A stretch of 32,000 bases of DNA, from the NCBI RefSeq assembly GCF_000007145.1, contig NC_003902.1:1177436-1209435 (forward strand), in the 5' to 3' direction. Every line of letters begins with the position of its first letter. Within the stretch, counting starts at the first letter, position 1. The notes under the pieces were generated by a model, which searched no databases, had not been told where the DNA came from, and saw nothing but the letters and a program-made list of their open reading frames with translations. Positions 17,977-26,825 of the stretch are shown here, piece by piece. The position numbers were made by a program, and so were the translations under genes. The stretch is from Xanthomonas campestris pv. campestris str. ATCC 33913 (GTDB lineage Bacteria > Pseudomonadota > Gammaproteobacteria > Xanthomonadales > Xanthomonadaceae).

Positions 17977-18440
17977 CCCAGCCAGATCGCATCCCAAAAC
18001 GGATAGGCGCCAATGCGCTGCACCAACCCGGCACGCAATGGGTTGGCGATGACATAACGTGCAACCGCACGCAGATCCGCGTCATGACGTACGGCATGGT
18101 CGTGATAGGCGCGAGCCCAGACGGGCGCTTGCATCGCACGCTGCGTGTTGACCGCACGCCTGCTCGCAGCCTTCAGGCACGCCACAGCCCGCGCCAGCGG
18201 CGTGTGATGGCCCAACTGCAGCAGCCAGTGAACGTGATCCGGCATCAATACCCAGGCAAGCAAGGTGGCATCTGCGGGCGCTGCTTTGGTAAATGCGCCA
18301 CACGCGCTTGCAGCCAGGCGAGGATCGTCGAACAGGCGCTGCCGCTGGTGGGTTGTCGTGGTGAGCAGGTAGCAATGCCCCGCAAGCGAATGGCGGCCGC
18401 GGCGAAGGGCGCGATGTCCGGGCGAAGTGGGATCAGTCAT
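17973..18440 (-). CDS. REP-associated tyrosine transposase (RAYT; IS200/Y1-transposase-like)
   Basis: This is track ORF 17973..18614, with the start moved to ATG 18440 (MTDPTSPGHR...). The upstream 58 codons are Arg/Ser-rich and run into a REPIN. It has the HUH motif in LMPDHVHWLL and a catalytic-Tyr motif, ARYVIANPLRAGLV. REP sequences flank it on both sides. Confidence 0.85.
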   Translation of the reverse strand: MTDPTSPGHRALRRGRHSLAGHCYLLTTTTHQRQRLFDDPRLAASACGAFTKAAPADATLLAWVLMPDHVHWLLQLGHHTPLARAVACLKAASRRAVNTQRAMQAPVWARAYHDHAVRHDADLRAVARYVIANPLRAGLVQRIGAYPFWDAIWLG

Positions 18441-18512
18441 GCCAACAGATTGACGTGCCTGGTCGATGGGCTGCATTGGCGCAATCCCTGGATTGGGGTC
18501 AGCGGACTCCGC

Positions 18513-19072
18513 GCCGGAGTGCGCGCTTGGGCGGCGGGCGTTGTCGGGAGAGCTTCTCGCGCGCGAGCGCGCTCCTACGTTGGGTTTGCGTCCAGCCGTG
18601 GTTGAACGAGACACCTCTCATGGCGGTGGCGCTGCGAAGGGTTGAATCCGTCATCCATGATCTGCGATGCCCTTGTAGGAGCGCGCTTGCGCGCGATGAG
18701 GCGTTCCTGGGAAAGCCCCCATCGCGCGCAAGCGCGCTCCTACGTTTGGGTTGCGTCGTCCTGTGGTTAAACGAGATACATCTCGTGGCGGCAGTGCGGC
18801 AAAGGGGTAATTCCGTTGTCCATGATCTACGAGGCCCCGGTAGGAGCGCGCTTGCGCGCGATGAGGCGTTCCCGGTAAAGGCCCATCGCGCGCAAGCGCG
18901 CTCCTACGTTGGGTTTGCGTCCAGCTGTGGTTGAACGAAGCACCTCACGTAGGCACTGGCGCTGCGAAGGGGTAAATCCGTTGTCCATGATCTACGGGGC
19001 CCCGGTAGGAGCGCGCTTGCGCGCGATGAGGCGTTCACGGGAAAGCCCCATCGCGCGCAAGCGCGCTCCTAC
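18513..19072. repeat. Higher-order tandem array of four family-1 REPINs with an exact 165-bp period
   Basis: The REPINs lie at 18513-18578 (decayed left arm), 18675-18743, 18840-18907 and 19005-19072. Each reads GTAGGAGCGCGCTTGCGCGCGATGAGGCGTTC..GG.AAAG.CCCATCGCGCGCAAGCGCGCTCCTAC. The ~97-bp segments between them are also conserved (GTTGGGTTTGCGTCCAGC.GTGGTTGAACGA...CCGT.GTCCATGATCT.C). Confidence 0.92.
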
Positions 19073-19211
19073 GGTTCTTCGCATTGCGCGACAGGTGTTC
19101 GCATTGTCTTTTTGGTGCTATGTGCGCGACACGCAAAGGTCATCCTGGCTGCCTACGGTGGCGTGCTTTCGCACAGACGCGGCGCCCTTGCCGCGCGATT
19201 TCCGGGATTCC

Positions 19212-22200
19212 ATGCAGCGCTCCGATTCGTACCGTGTGCACCTCTCTGTTCTTGCCCTTGCCATCGCGGCCTGTTCGTCGGGCGTGCAGGCGCAGGCCCT
19301 CGACGCTTCAAATGCTGCGGGGCAACGCTCGCCGATCTCGCCCGCGGCGACGCCTGCAGATGCAAGCGGTGATGCCGGTGATGCGGAAACGCCAGCCGCG
19401 GCGGCGAATGCTTCCCAGACATCAAGCGAGGCATCGAATCAAGATCTCCCCGCTACCGCTACCGCTACGTCTGCTACAGCTACCGCTACTACAGCGACAG
19501 CGACAGGTGCAGGTGCAGGTGCAGGTGCAGGTGCAGCTTCAGACACAGGCACAGGCAAAGTCGCCAGTGCCAGTCCCAGTGCCAGTCCCAGTGCCACCAC
19601 AGGCGTGCAAACCCTCGATGCCATGCAGGTCACCGGTGTGCGGCGTGCCAACGCGGCGGCGGTGGAAAGCAAGCGCGCGGCCACCAACATCACCGATGTG
19701 ATCAGCGCAACCGACGTGCGGGCCTTGCCCGACAGCACCATCGTTGAAGCGCTGCGCCGTGTGCCTGGCTTATCCGTGTTGCCGGCCACCGATAACGAGC
19801 ATCCGCGCGATGAAGCCGCCACGCCGGTGTTGCGTGGCCTGGGGCCGTCGTACAACAACGTCACCATCGATGGGCTCACCATCGCCTCGCCCGGCACGCC
19901 CAATGGCACGCTTGGCTCGATCACCCGCGGCGTGCGTCTGGATCTGCTGCCGGCGTCGATAGTCAGCGAGTTGCAGGTGGTCAAGACGTTCACCGCTGAC
20001 CTCGATCCCAATGCCACCGGCGGTGCGATCAATCTCAAGACGCGCAGTGCGTTCGAGAACGGCGGCAAGCCGTTCTTCAGCGCCGAAGCCGCGCTGGGCC
20101 ACGCCAACGACGTGGGCAAGCCGCGCGACCAGGACGACCCTGGGTATCGCTTGAATGCCACCGGCAGCCGCACCTTCGGCAGCGAACAGCAATACGGCTT
20201 CACGCTTTCGGCCAACTACCAGACGCTCAGTAGCTACACCGAAACCCACATGACCACCGACATGGTGCATTACGGGTTCTACGACAACAACGGTGTGCTG
20301 CAGACCGGCGCCGATCTCGGCAATGGCTGGGCGGTGCCGCAGCAGGATAAGTACTGGTACGTGCAGAACCAACGCGACCGCTATGGCGTCACCGGCAAGT
20401 TTGAAGCGCGCCCGAGTGCGGCCTTCGAGGCCTACGCCATGGCCGGCTACTACTATTTCAAGGACGACATGGAGCGCAACGAGGTCATCATCGACCCGCG
20501 CAACCGTGGCCAGGTGTTCAACCAGACCGCGACCTCAGGCAGCTATCCCGGTGGCGATATTGAGGTGGGGTACTCCAACCAGATCGTCACCACGCGCACC
20601 AAGGTGGCGCAGCTGGGCAGCATCTGGCGGCCCACCGATCGACAGCAGTTTTCTGCACGTGGTTCGTGGTCGGATGCGACTTATGACGAGCCGATCCGCA
20701 TGATCAAGTACGCCACCGGCATCAATCGGCCGGCTGCGGTACCGGTGGGGCAGACCGGTAGCGGCGTGACCGTCAATGCCACACCCAACTATGCGTTCAA
20801 TTACGACACCTCCGGCTTTGACCAGCGCTTCGGGGTGTCGCCGCAGGCCTACAACAATCTGGATAACTACAGCCTGTCGTACTGGCGGCCGGACTATAAA
20901 CGCACCGCCGCCGATCGCATTCTCACCGGGCGGCTTGATTACGGCTTCAATCAAGGCGAAAGCGATCAGGGCATCGGCTTTGCCGCGGGCGTTTCATACA
21001 CCACCGACAAGCCGTCTTACGACATCTTTCGCGTGGAGTACCAGCCCAACACCAGCGTACCGACGTTCGGCCTGGCCGATGTTGCGGGCACTGGCAGGGC
21101 GCCGATGCGCTATGCCGGTCTGAACCTGATCACCATCGATCCGGACAAGGCCAACCGCGTGCTGGCGGCAACGCCGTTGAGCGCGTTCAACAGCACCGAC
21201 CAGCAGGCTTTCAGCAACCAGGACAACTTCACCCATACCGAAAAGACCTTCGGCAGCTACGGGTTGGTGAGTTACCGCAGTGAGCGTCTCAACGTGCAGG
21301 CCGGCCTGCACTTGGACAGCACCAAGCTCAACACCGTAGGCCGCCAGCGCCAGCTGGACACCGCCAGCAACCGCTACGTGTATGTCGATAACCCCACCAA
21401 TGCGGATTACGACTATCTGCTGCCTTCGGCGATCATGACGTACCACCTGACCGACGCACTGGACCTGCGCGTCGGCGCCAGCCGCACACTTGGCCGCCCG
21501 CCGTACGATGCGTACGCAGCCCGCACCTCGATCGGCTTCGTCAACACCACCGACGCCGGCAACCCGAGCGCGCAGGGCGTCACCGTCACCATCGGCAACC
21601 CCGACATCAAGCCGCGCGTGTCCAACAACCTGGATCTGTCGCTGGAATGGCGGCTGCCGGGCGACTTCGATGCCTTCGCCTCCACTGCCGTGTTCGACAA
21701 GCGTATCCAGGACGAGATCTTTACGCTCTCGCGCACCGATAGCTTTACCTTCGATGGCACCACCTACGCCAATGCGTTGATCAGTACGCCGGCCAATGCT
21801 GCGAAGGCGCGTATTCGCGGGGTGGAATTCAACGGCATCGTCAACACGCTGGCGCCGATTGCACCGTGGCTCAGCGGCGTGGGCTTCAGTGCGAACTTTG
21901 CGCTGCTCGATGGCAGCCTGGACGTACCGTATAGCGTTGGCAGCGGCAGCACCGTCAGCCAGCGCGAGCGCAAGCTCGACAACCTGGTCGGCCAGCCGGA
22001 CTACACCGCCAACGCCACGCTGTTCTACAACACCGGCGGCCTGGAATTGCGCGCCGCCTACAACCGGCAGGGCAAGGCCTTGCGTGCGATCGTCAGCAAC
22101 ATCGACTGGCAGGATCTGTACTGGTCGCCGCGTTCGCAGCTGGATTTCACCGCGACGTATGCGGTCAGCAAGCAGCTCAGCCTGATCGGCCAGGTCAGCA

Positions 22201-22316
22201 ACCTCACCCACAGCCGCATCAGCAGCGTGACCGGCCCGGGGCAGAACCTGCTCAAGGACAGTTACTCGGTGCCCAGCACCTATTGGGTGGGCCTGCGCTT
22301 TACGCCCTCGCTCTAG
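19212..22316 (+). CDS. TonB-dependent outer-membrane receptor with a low-complexity N-terminal linker
   Basis: This is track ORF 18909..22316, with the start moved to ATG 19212 because the first 101 codons read through the REPIN array. It has a signal peptide (MQRSDSYRVHLSVLALAIAACSSGVQAQA), then a ~100-aa Ala/Thr/Gly/Ser linker, a TonB-box-like TLDAMQVTG and a plug domain (ALRRVPGLSV, VLRGLGPSYNNVTIDG). Confidence 0.9.
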   Translation: MQRSDSYRVHLSVLALAIAACSSGVQAQALDASNAAGQRSPISPAATPADASGDAGDAETPAAAANASQTSSEASNQDLPATATATSATATATTATATGAGAGAGAGAASDTGTGKVASASPSASPSATTGVQTLDAMQVTGVRRANAAAVESKRAATNITDVISATDVRALPDSTIVEALRRVPGLSVLPATDNEHPRDEAATPVLRGLGPSYNNVTIDGLTIASPGTPNGTLGSITRGVRLDLLPASIVSELQVVKTFTADLDPNATGGAINLKTRSAFENGGKPFFSAEAALGHANDVGKPRDQDDPGYRLNATGSRTFGSEQQYGFTLSANYQTLSSYTETHMTTDMVHYGFYDNNGVLQTGADLGNGWAVPQQDKYWYVQNQRDRYGVTGKFEARPSAAFEAYAMAGYYYFKDDMERNEVIIDPRNRGQVFNQTATSGSYPGGDIEVGYSNQIVTTRTKVAQLGSIWRPTDRQQFSARGSWSDATYDEPIRMIKYATGINRPAAVPVGQTGSGVTVNATPNYAFNYDTSGFDQRFGVSPQAYNNLDNYSLSYWRPDYKRTAADRILTGRLDYGFNQGESDQGIGFAAGVSYTTDKPSYDIFRVEYQPNTSVPTFGLADVAGTGRAPMRYAGLNLITIDPDKANRVLAATPLSAFNSTDQQAFSNQDNFTHTEKTFGSYGLVSYRSERLNVQAGLHLDSTKLNTVGRQRQLDTASNRYVYVDNPTNADYDYLLPSAIMTYHLTDALDLRVGASRTLGRPPYDAYAARTSIGFVNTTDAGNPSAQGVTVTIGNPDIKPRVSNNLDLSLEWRLPGDFDAFASTAVFDKRIQDEIFTLSRTDSFTFDGTTYANALISTPANAAKARIRGVEFNGIVNTLAPIAPWLSGVGFSANFALLDGSLDVPYSVGSGSTVSQRERKLDNLVGQPDYTANATLFYNTGGLELRAAYNRQGKALRAIVSNIDWQDLYWSPRSQLDFTATYAVSKQLSLIGQVSNLTHSRISSVTGPGQNLLKDSYSVPSTYWVGLRFTPSL
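19452..19595 (+). repeat. In-frame hexanucleotide and dodecanucleotide microsatellites inside the receptor gene
   Basis: GCTACC/GCTACA-type hexamers at 19452-19505 encode ATATATSATATATTATAT. (GGTGCA)x5 at 19506-19535 encodes GAGAGAGAGA. (AGTGCCAGTCCC)x2 plus AGTGCC at 19566-19595 encodes SASPSASPSA. Confidence 0.9.
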
Positions 22317-22419
22317 ACAACCATGGCCGCGCAGTGTGCGGCCATCCAAGCACATGCAACGCGATGCAGCCGCCTGGCGGATGCGTCGCGTTGCCCACGC
22401 ATTCAAGCGGAGCCGTACG

Positions 22420-23367
22420 ATGACCTTGCAGTCTGTTGCTTCTTTTGCCGCGCTGCTGTGCGCAGCCATTGCCGCCGATGCGACTGCCGCGCCGGTGGGG
22501 GTTGCCGCAATCCAGGCACGGCTGACCAATCCCGACGGCGGCATCGTGGTGGTGGCGCATCGCGGCTGCCACGCCGCGGCGCCCGACCATGGATTCAACG
22601 ACACCGCGCCGGAGAATTCGTTGGCGGCCTTGCAACGCTGTATTGCCATCGGCGCGGACGTGATGGAAACCGACGTGCGCCGCGCCGCAGACGGCACCCT
22701 GGTGATGCTGCACGACGCCACCGTGGACCGCACCACTGATGGCACCGGCAAGCTGTCCGAGCTCACGCTGGCCGATCTGCAGAAGCTGCGGCTGCGCACC
22801 GACGAGGGTGGGGCACAGGCGCCGCTCACCGACCAGCGCGTGGTCACGCTGGAGCAGATGCTGGCCGCCTCCAAGGGCCACATCCTGCTGAACCTAGACG
22901 TCAAGGATGCGATCTATGTGCAGGTGGTCGACGCGGTCACGCGCGCGGGCATGCAGCACCAGGTGATCGTCAAGGCCGAAGCCGGGATCGCCACGCCGCC
23001 GCTGGCAGCGATGCAGCCGTTCGACCGCGTGTACTTCTTCCCGATCCTGATCAATGCGCACGGCAGCGCCGATCTTGCGGCCATTGCAACGGCGCAGACA
23101 CGCAACGCGCATCCGGTCGCGTTCGAACTGCCCAAGATGGCGGCCGCACAATTGCCCGCACTGGCCAAGGTGGGCAAGGCGCACCAGGTGCGCCTGATGG
23201 TGAACTCGCTGTGGGACGGCTTCATCGCCGGGTACGGCGGCGATGCCGATGCCGAGCGCGACCCGGACAAGGTCTGGGGCCGCATGCACCGCGACGGCAT
23301 CTCCATCATCCAGACCGATGCGCCGGAAGCTTTGCTGCGCTATCGCGCGACGCTGGAGACGCGTTGA
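22420..23367 (+). CDS. Secreted glycerophosphodiester phosphodiesterase (GDPD) family protein
   Basis: This is track ORF 22336..23367, with the start moved to ATG 22420, which gives a signal peptide (MTLQSVASFAALLCAAIAADATAAP). GDPD motifs are present: VVAHRG, APENSLAAL, ETDVRRAADGTLVMLHD. Confidence 0.85.
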   Translation: MTLQSVASFAALLCAAIAADATAAPVGVAAIQARLTNPDGGIVVVAHRGCHAAAPDHGFNDTAPENSLAALQRCIAIGADVMETDVRRAADGTLVMLHDATVDRTTDGTGKLSELTLADLQKLRLRTDEGGAQAPLTDQRVVTLEQMLAASKGHILLNLDVKDAIYVQVVDAVTRAGMQHQVIVKAEAGIATPPLAAMQPFDRVYFFPILINAHGSADLAAIATAQTRNAHPVAFELPKMAAAQLPALAKVGKAHQVRLMVNSLWDGFIAGYGGDADAERDPDKVWGRMHRDGISIIQTDAPEALLRYRATLETR

Positions 23368-23499
23368 GCGCCGCGTTACCTCGCTGCACGCAGCAGGCTT
23401 GCGACGGATGCGCACTGTCGCCGCGCAGCATGACCCATGGCACTGCGGGGACCCCGCCGCCGCTATAGTCAGGCGTTGTTTGCACGCAAGGATGTCTGC

Positions 23500-24276
23500 A
23501 TGCCGCTCGATACACGCCTGCGCAAATTCAGTCCGCATGTCGTCTGGTTGGTGGTGCTGCTGATCGCGCTGCAGGTGCGCGACGTGGCCAAGGCGGTTGG
23601 TTTGCCCATCCCGAAAATTCCCGTGCCCCATGGCGGCGGGATTGCCGACAATTTTCTCAGCGTGGTGGTCGTGTTGGTCGCAGCGGCCTTGCTGCGTCCT
23701 GGTACGCCAGGCGAGATTGCAGCGCGTCTGGGGCTGCGTTGGAACGGTTTGCGCGGCCCGGCGCTGACGCTGTTGGCCACACTGCCGTGCTGGCTTGGGC
23801 TGTGGACGCAATCCACCTCGGTCGGCACCGGCGATCTGCTTGGCCTGCTGTGGCTGGCGCTGCTGTTTCCGTTGGCCGAAGAAATCGTCTTTCGTGGTTT
23901 CGGCTTTGTCTTTGCCTACCGCGCGCTGGCCTGGCGTCCGGCGATCGCCGCGCTGGTGCAGGCGGTTGTGTTCGGCGGCGTGCATTGGCTCGGGGCAGGC
24001 GGCGGAGGCGGCGACGCCTTATTGATCTTCGCCATCACCGGCATCGGCGCGCTGCTGTTTGCCATTGTGGACGCGCAGGACGGTTACACGATCTGGAGCG
24101 GCTGGGTGCTGCATGTCTCGCTCAATGCGGCCTGGACGGTCTTCGCGGTGTCCGATTCGGCCGCCAGTGGCTGGCTCGGCATGGCATTGCGGCTATCTGC
24201 CGTATTCCTGGCGATGGGATTGCTGCGGCTGTTTGTAACGCCGCCTCGCCCGCTGCGTGCGGACGTTACAAGCTAG
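23500..24276 (+). CDS. CPBP-family (CAAX/Abi-like) intramembrane glutamic endopeptidase
   Basis: This is track ORF 23437..24276, with the start moved to ATG 23500. The protein is polytopic and hydrophobic, and has the three CPBP motifs: EEIVFRG, FGGVHW and HVSLN. Confidence 0.8.
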   Translation: MPLDTRLRKFSPHVVWLVVLLIALQVRDVAKAVGLPIPKIPVPHGGGIADNFLSVVVVLVAAALLRPGTPGEIAARLGLRWNGLRGPALTLLATLPCWLGLWTQSTSVGTGDLLGLLWLALLFPLAEEIVFRGFGFVFAYRALAWRPAIAALVQAVVFGGVHWLGAGGGGGDALLIFAITGIGALLFAIVDAQDGYTIWSGWVLHVSLNAAWTVFAVSDSAASGWLGMALRLSAVFLAMGLLRLFVTPPRPLRADVTS

Positions 24277-24380
24277 CGCGTTCGTCATTACGTCAATCAG
24301 GAGTGCGCAGGTGAGCTGCTCACCCGATGCGCGGTGCGCAAGAGTGGCCGAAATGTGTTTTGCCCTGCATGCTTCGCAGG

Positions 24381-26804
24381 ATGGATGAACAGCAGCAAGC
24401 GCAGGCAAGCACCGAGAGGACGCAGGAACGCGTCGCTGGCACCGATGATGTGGCCCAACGCGGCCACCGCCGCTGGTTGACGTGGCTGCGCTGGAGCGCC
24501 GTGGCACTGTTGTCTGCCGTGCTGTTGCTGGACCTGGCTTTTCCGCTACCGCTGCCGAAGTCGCGCGATACCTCCACCCTGGTGGTGGCGCGTGATGGCA
24601 CGCCGCTGCGCGCGTTTGCCGATGCGCAAGGCGTGTGGCGTTACCCGGCCACGCCGCAGAGCGTGTCGCCGCTGTACCTGCAGGCGCTGTTGAACTACGA
24701 GGACCGCTGGTTCTGGCACCACCCGGGCGTGAACCCGTGGGGGCTGCTGCGCGCGGGCGAGCAGTGGATCGGCAGCGGGCGCATCGTCTCCGGCGGTTCG
24801 ACGCTGACCATGCAGGTGGCGCGCATTCTCGACCCGCACACGCGCACGCCCTGGGGCAAGGCCAAGCAGTTGCTGCGCGCGCTGCAATTGGAAGCGCACC
24901 TCAGCAAGCAGCAGATCCTGGCGCTGTATCTGGAGCGCGCGCCGTACGGCGGCACCATCGAGGGCGTGGAAGCGGCCAGCTGGGCCTACCTGGGCAAGCC
25001 GGCCACCGCGTTGTCGCAGGCCGAAGCGGCGTTGCTGGCGGTGCTGCCGCAGTCGCCGAGCCGGCTGCGCCCGGATAGCCACCCGGAAGCGGCGCAACGG
25101 GCGCGCGACAAAGTGCTCGACCGCATGGTGGAACTGGGCGTGTGGTCGCGCGCACAGGTGGACGATGCCCGCTTCGAACCGGTGGTGACGCGCTCACTCA
25201 AACCACCGTTGCATGCCGCGCTGTTGGCGCAGCGCCTGCACAGCGCGCAACCACGCGCCGCGCGCATCGTCACCACGCTCGACGTGGAGCTGCAGCGCAC
25301 GCTGGAAGAACGCGTCGCCACATATTTTTCGCAGTTGCCCGAACGCACCTCGGCCGCTTTGCTGGTGGTGGACAACGCCAGCATGGAGGCGCGCGCATAC
25401 GTGGGCTCGGCCAGCTTTGGCGACCGCAAGCGGTTGGGCCATGTGGACATGGTGCAGGCCTGGCGCTCGCCCGGTTCCACGCTCAAGCCTTTCCTGTATG
25501 GCATGGCGCTGGACGATGGCGTGATCCATTCGGAAAGCCTGCTGGTGGATGCGCCGCAGAGCTTCGGCAATTATCGCCCCGGCAATTTCGATGCGGCCTT
25601 CAACGGCCCGGTGGCCGCAGCCACGGCATTGCGGCTGTCGTTGAACGTGCCGGCCGTGGATTTGCTGGATCGCATCGGCCCGGCGCGCTTTGCCGCGCGC
25701 TTGTCCAACGCCGGCATTGCGCTGCGCTTTGCACATGGCAGCACGCCGAACCTGGCCTTGATCCTGGGCGGCACCGGTGCGCAGTTGCAGGAGTTGGTGG
25801 GTGCGTTCGCGGCCCTGCAGCGTGGTGGCATTGCCGGGCATGTGCGCTATACGCCGGATGATCCGCGCATCGATCGGCGGCTGATGTCGCCGGGCGCGGC
25901 GTGGATCGTGCGCGAGATCCTGCAAAGCAATCCGCGCCCCGGGTATGCCAGCGGCACCTTCGACACCACCGCGCGCCCGGGCGTGGCGTGGAAGACCGGC
26001 ACCAGCTACGGCTACCGCGATGCCTGGGCGATTGGCGGGACGCGCCGCTACACGGTCGGTGTGTGGGTCGGCCGACCGGATGGCACGCCGTTGCCGGGGC
26101 AGTACGGCGCAGTCACCGCGCTACCGCTGATGTTCGAGGTGATCGATGCCTTGCCGCGCGCGGCCGGCGACAGCGCCCCGATGCCGATGCCGGCCAGCGT
26201 GCAGGCGCTGGAGATCTGCTGGCCGCTGGGCACTGCCGCCGCGCAGACGCCGCCAAACTTGTGCGCGCGCCGCCACGAGGCCTTCGTACTCGACGGCGCG
26301 GTGCCGCCCACCTTCGCCGAACGCGATGCGCGGCTGTGGCAGAGCGGGCAACTGCAGTACGAGGTGGACGCCCGCAGCGGCCAGCGGCTCTCGCAGGAAT
26401 GCACCCAGCCGCATCCGCGCGCCGCACGCAGCCTGGCGCGCTGGCCGGCGCTGGTATCACCCTGGCTCACCGCTGCCGAGCGTGCCGCCGCACAGCTGCC
26501 GCCACTGGCCGCCGATTGCCTGCCCGACGGCCGCATGACCGGCGGTGGCGTGCTGCGCATCGACGGCCTGACCGATCGCGCCACGCTGGCCCGCGCCAAC
26601 GACACCGCACGCCCGGTACGCCTGCAATTGCGCGCGCTTGGCAGCGAAGCGCGCATCGACTGGCTGCTGGACGGCCGCTGGATTGCCCAGACCGCCGGGC
26701 GCCAGGGATTCCAGCGTGATTTTGCGGAAGTGGGCACGCACACCCTGACCGCGATGGCCAGCGACGGCGCCTGGACCCAGGTGCGTTTTCGCGTCTTGCG
26801 TTGA
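24381..26804 (+). CDS. pbpC: Penicillin-binding protein 1C (transglycosylase/transpeptidase)
   Basis: This is track ORF 24327..26804; the likely start is ATG 24381 or 24369. It has GT51 transglycosylase motifs (YEDRWFWHHPGVNP, GGSTLTMQ), transpeptidase motifs SxxK (GSTLKP) and KTGTS, and a C-terminal PBP1C-type domain. Confidence 0.9.
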   Translation: MDEQQQAQASTERTQERVAGTDDVAQRGHRRWLTWLRWSAVALLSAVLLLDLAFPLPLPKSRDTSTLVVARDGTPLRAFADAQGVWRYPATPQSVSPLYLQALLNYEDRWFWHHPGVNPWGLLRAGEQWIGSGRIVSGGSTLTMQVARILDPHTRTPWGKAKQLLRALQLEAHLSKQQILALYLERAPYGGTIEGVEAASWAYLGKPATALSQAEAALLAVLPQSPSRLRPDSHPEAAQRARDKVLDRMVELGVWSRAQVDDARFEPVVTRSLKPPLHAALLAQRLHSAQPRAARIVTTLDVELQRTLEERVATYFSQLPERTSAALLVVDNASMEARAYVGSASFGDRKRLGHVDMVQAWRSPGSTLKPFLYGMALDDGVIHSESLLVDAPQSFGNYRPGNFDAAFNGPVAAATALRLSLNVPAVDLLDRIGPARFAARLSNAGIALRFAHGSTPNLALILGGTGAQLQELVGAFAALQRGGIAGHVRYTPDDPRIDRRLMSPGAAWIVREILQSNPRPGYASGTFDTTARPGVAWKTGTSYGYRDAWAIGGTRRYTVGVWVGRPDGTPLPGQYGAVTALPLMFEVIDALPRAAGDSAPMPMPASVQALEICWPLGTAAAQTPPNLCARRHEAFVLDGAVPPTFAERDARLWQSGQLQYEVDARSGQRLSQECTQPHPRAARSLARWPALVSPWLTAAERAAAQLPPLAADCLPDGRMTGGGVLRIDGLTDRATLARANDTARPVRLQLRALGSEARIDWLLDGRWIAQTAGRQGFQRDFAEVGTHTLTAMASDGAWTQVRFRVLR

Positions 26805-26825
26805 GCACGATGCTGCAGCGCGTGT

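Noticed and set aside
18441-18614. A 58-codon N-terminal extension of the RAYT ORF (track start 18614).
   Set aside because: The extension is Arg/Ser/Ala-rich, overlaps the decayed REPIN at 18513-18578, and precedes the conserved RAYT N-terminal region. The ATG at 18440 gives a typical ~155-aa RAYT.
18513-19072. Regularly spaced ~68-bp palindromic repeats with ~97-bp intervening segments could be read as a CRISPR array. The same applies to 26826-27330.
   Set aside because: The intervening segments are themselves conserved copy to copy, so they are not unique spacers. The repeats are inverted REP doublets matching dispersed copies elsewhere in the window. No cas genes are present, and a RAYT gene is adjacent. 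These are tandem REPIN arrays, not CRISPR.
18909-19211. A 101-codon N-terminal extension of the second TonB-dependent receptor, as called in the track.
   Set aside because: The extension is translated straight through REPIN copies (it contains APVGARLRAMRRSRESPIARKRAPT). A proper signal peptide begins at ATG 19212.
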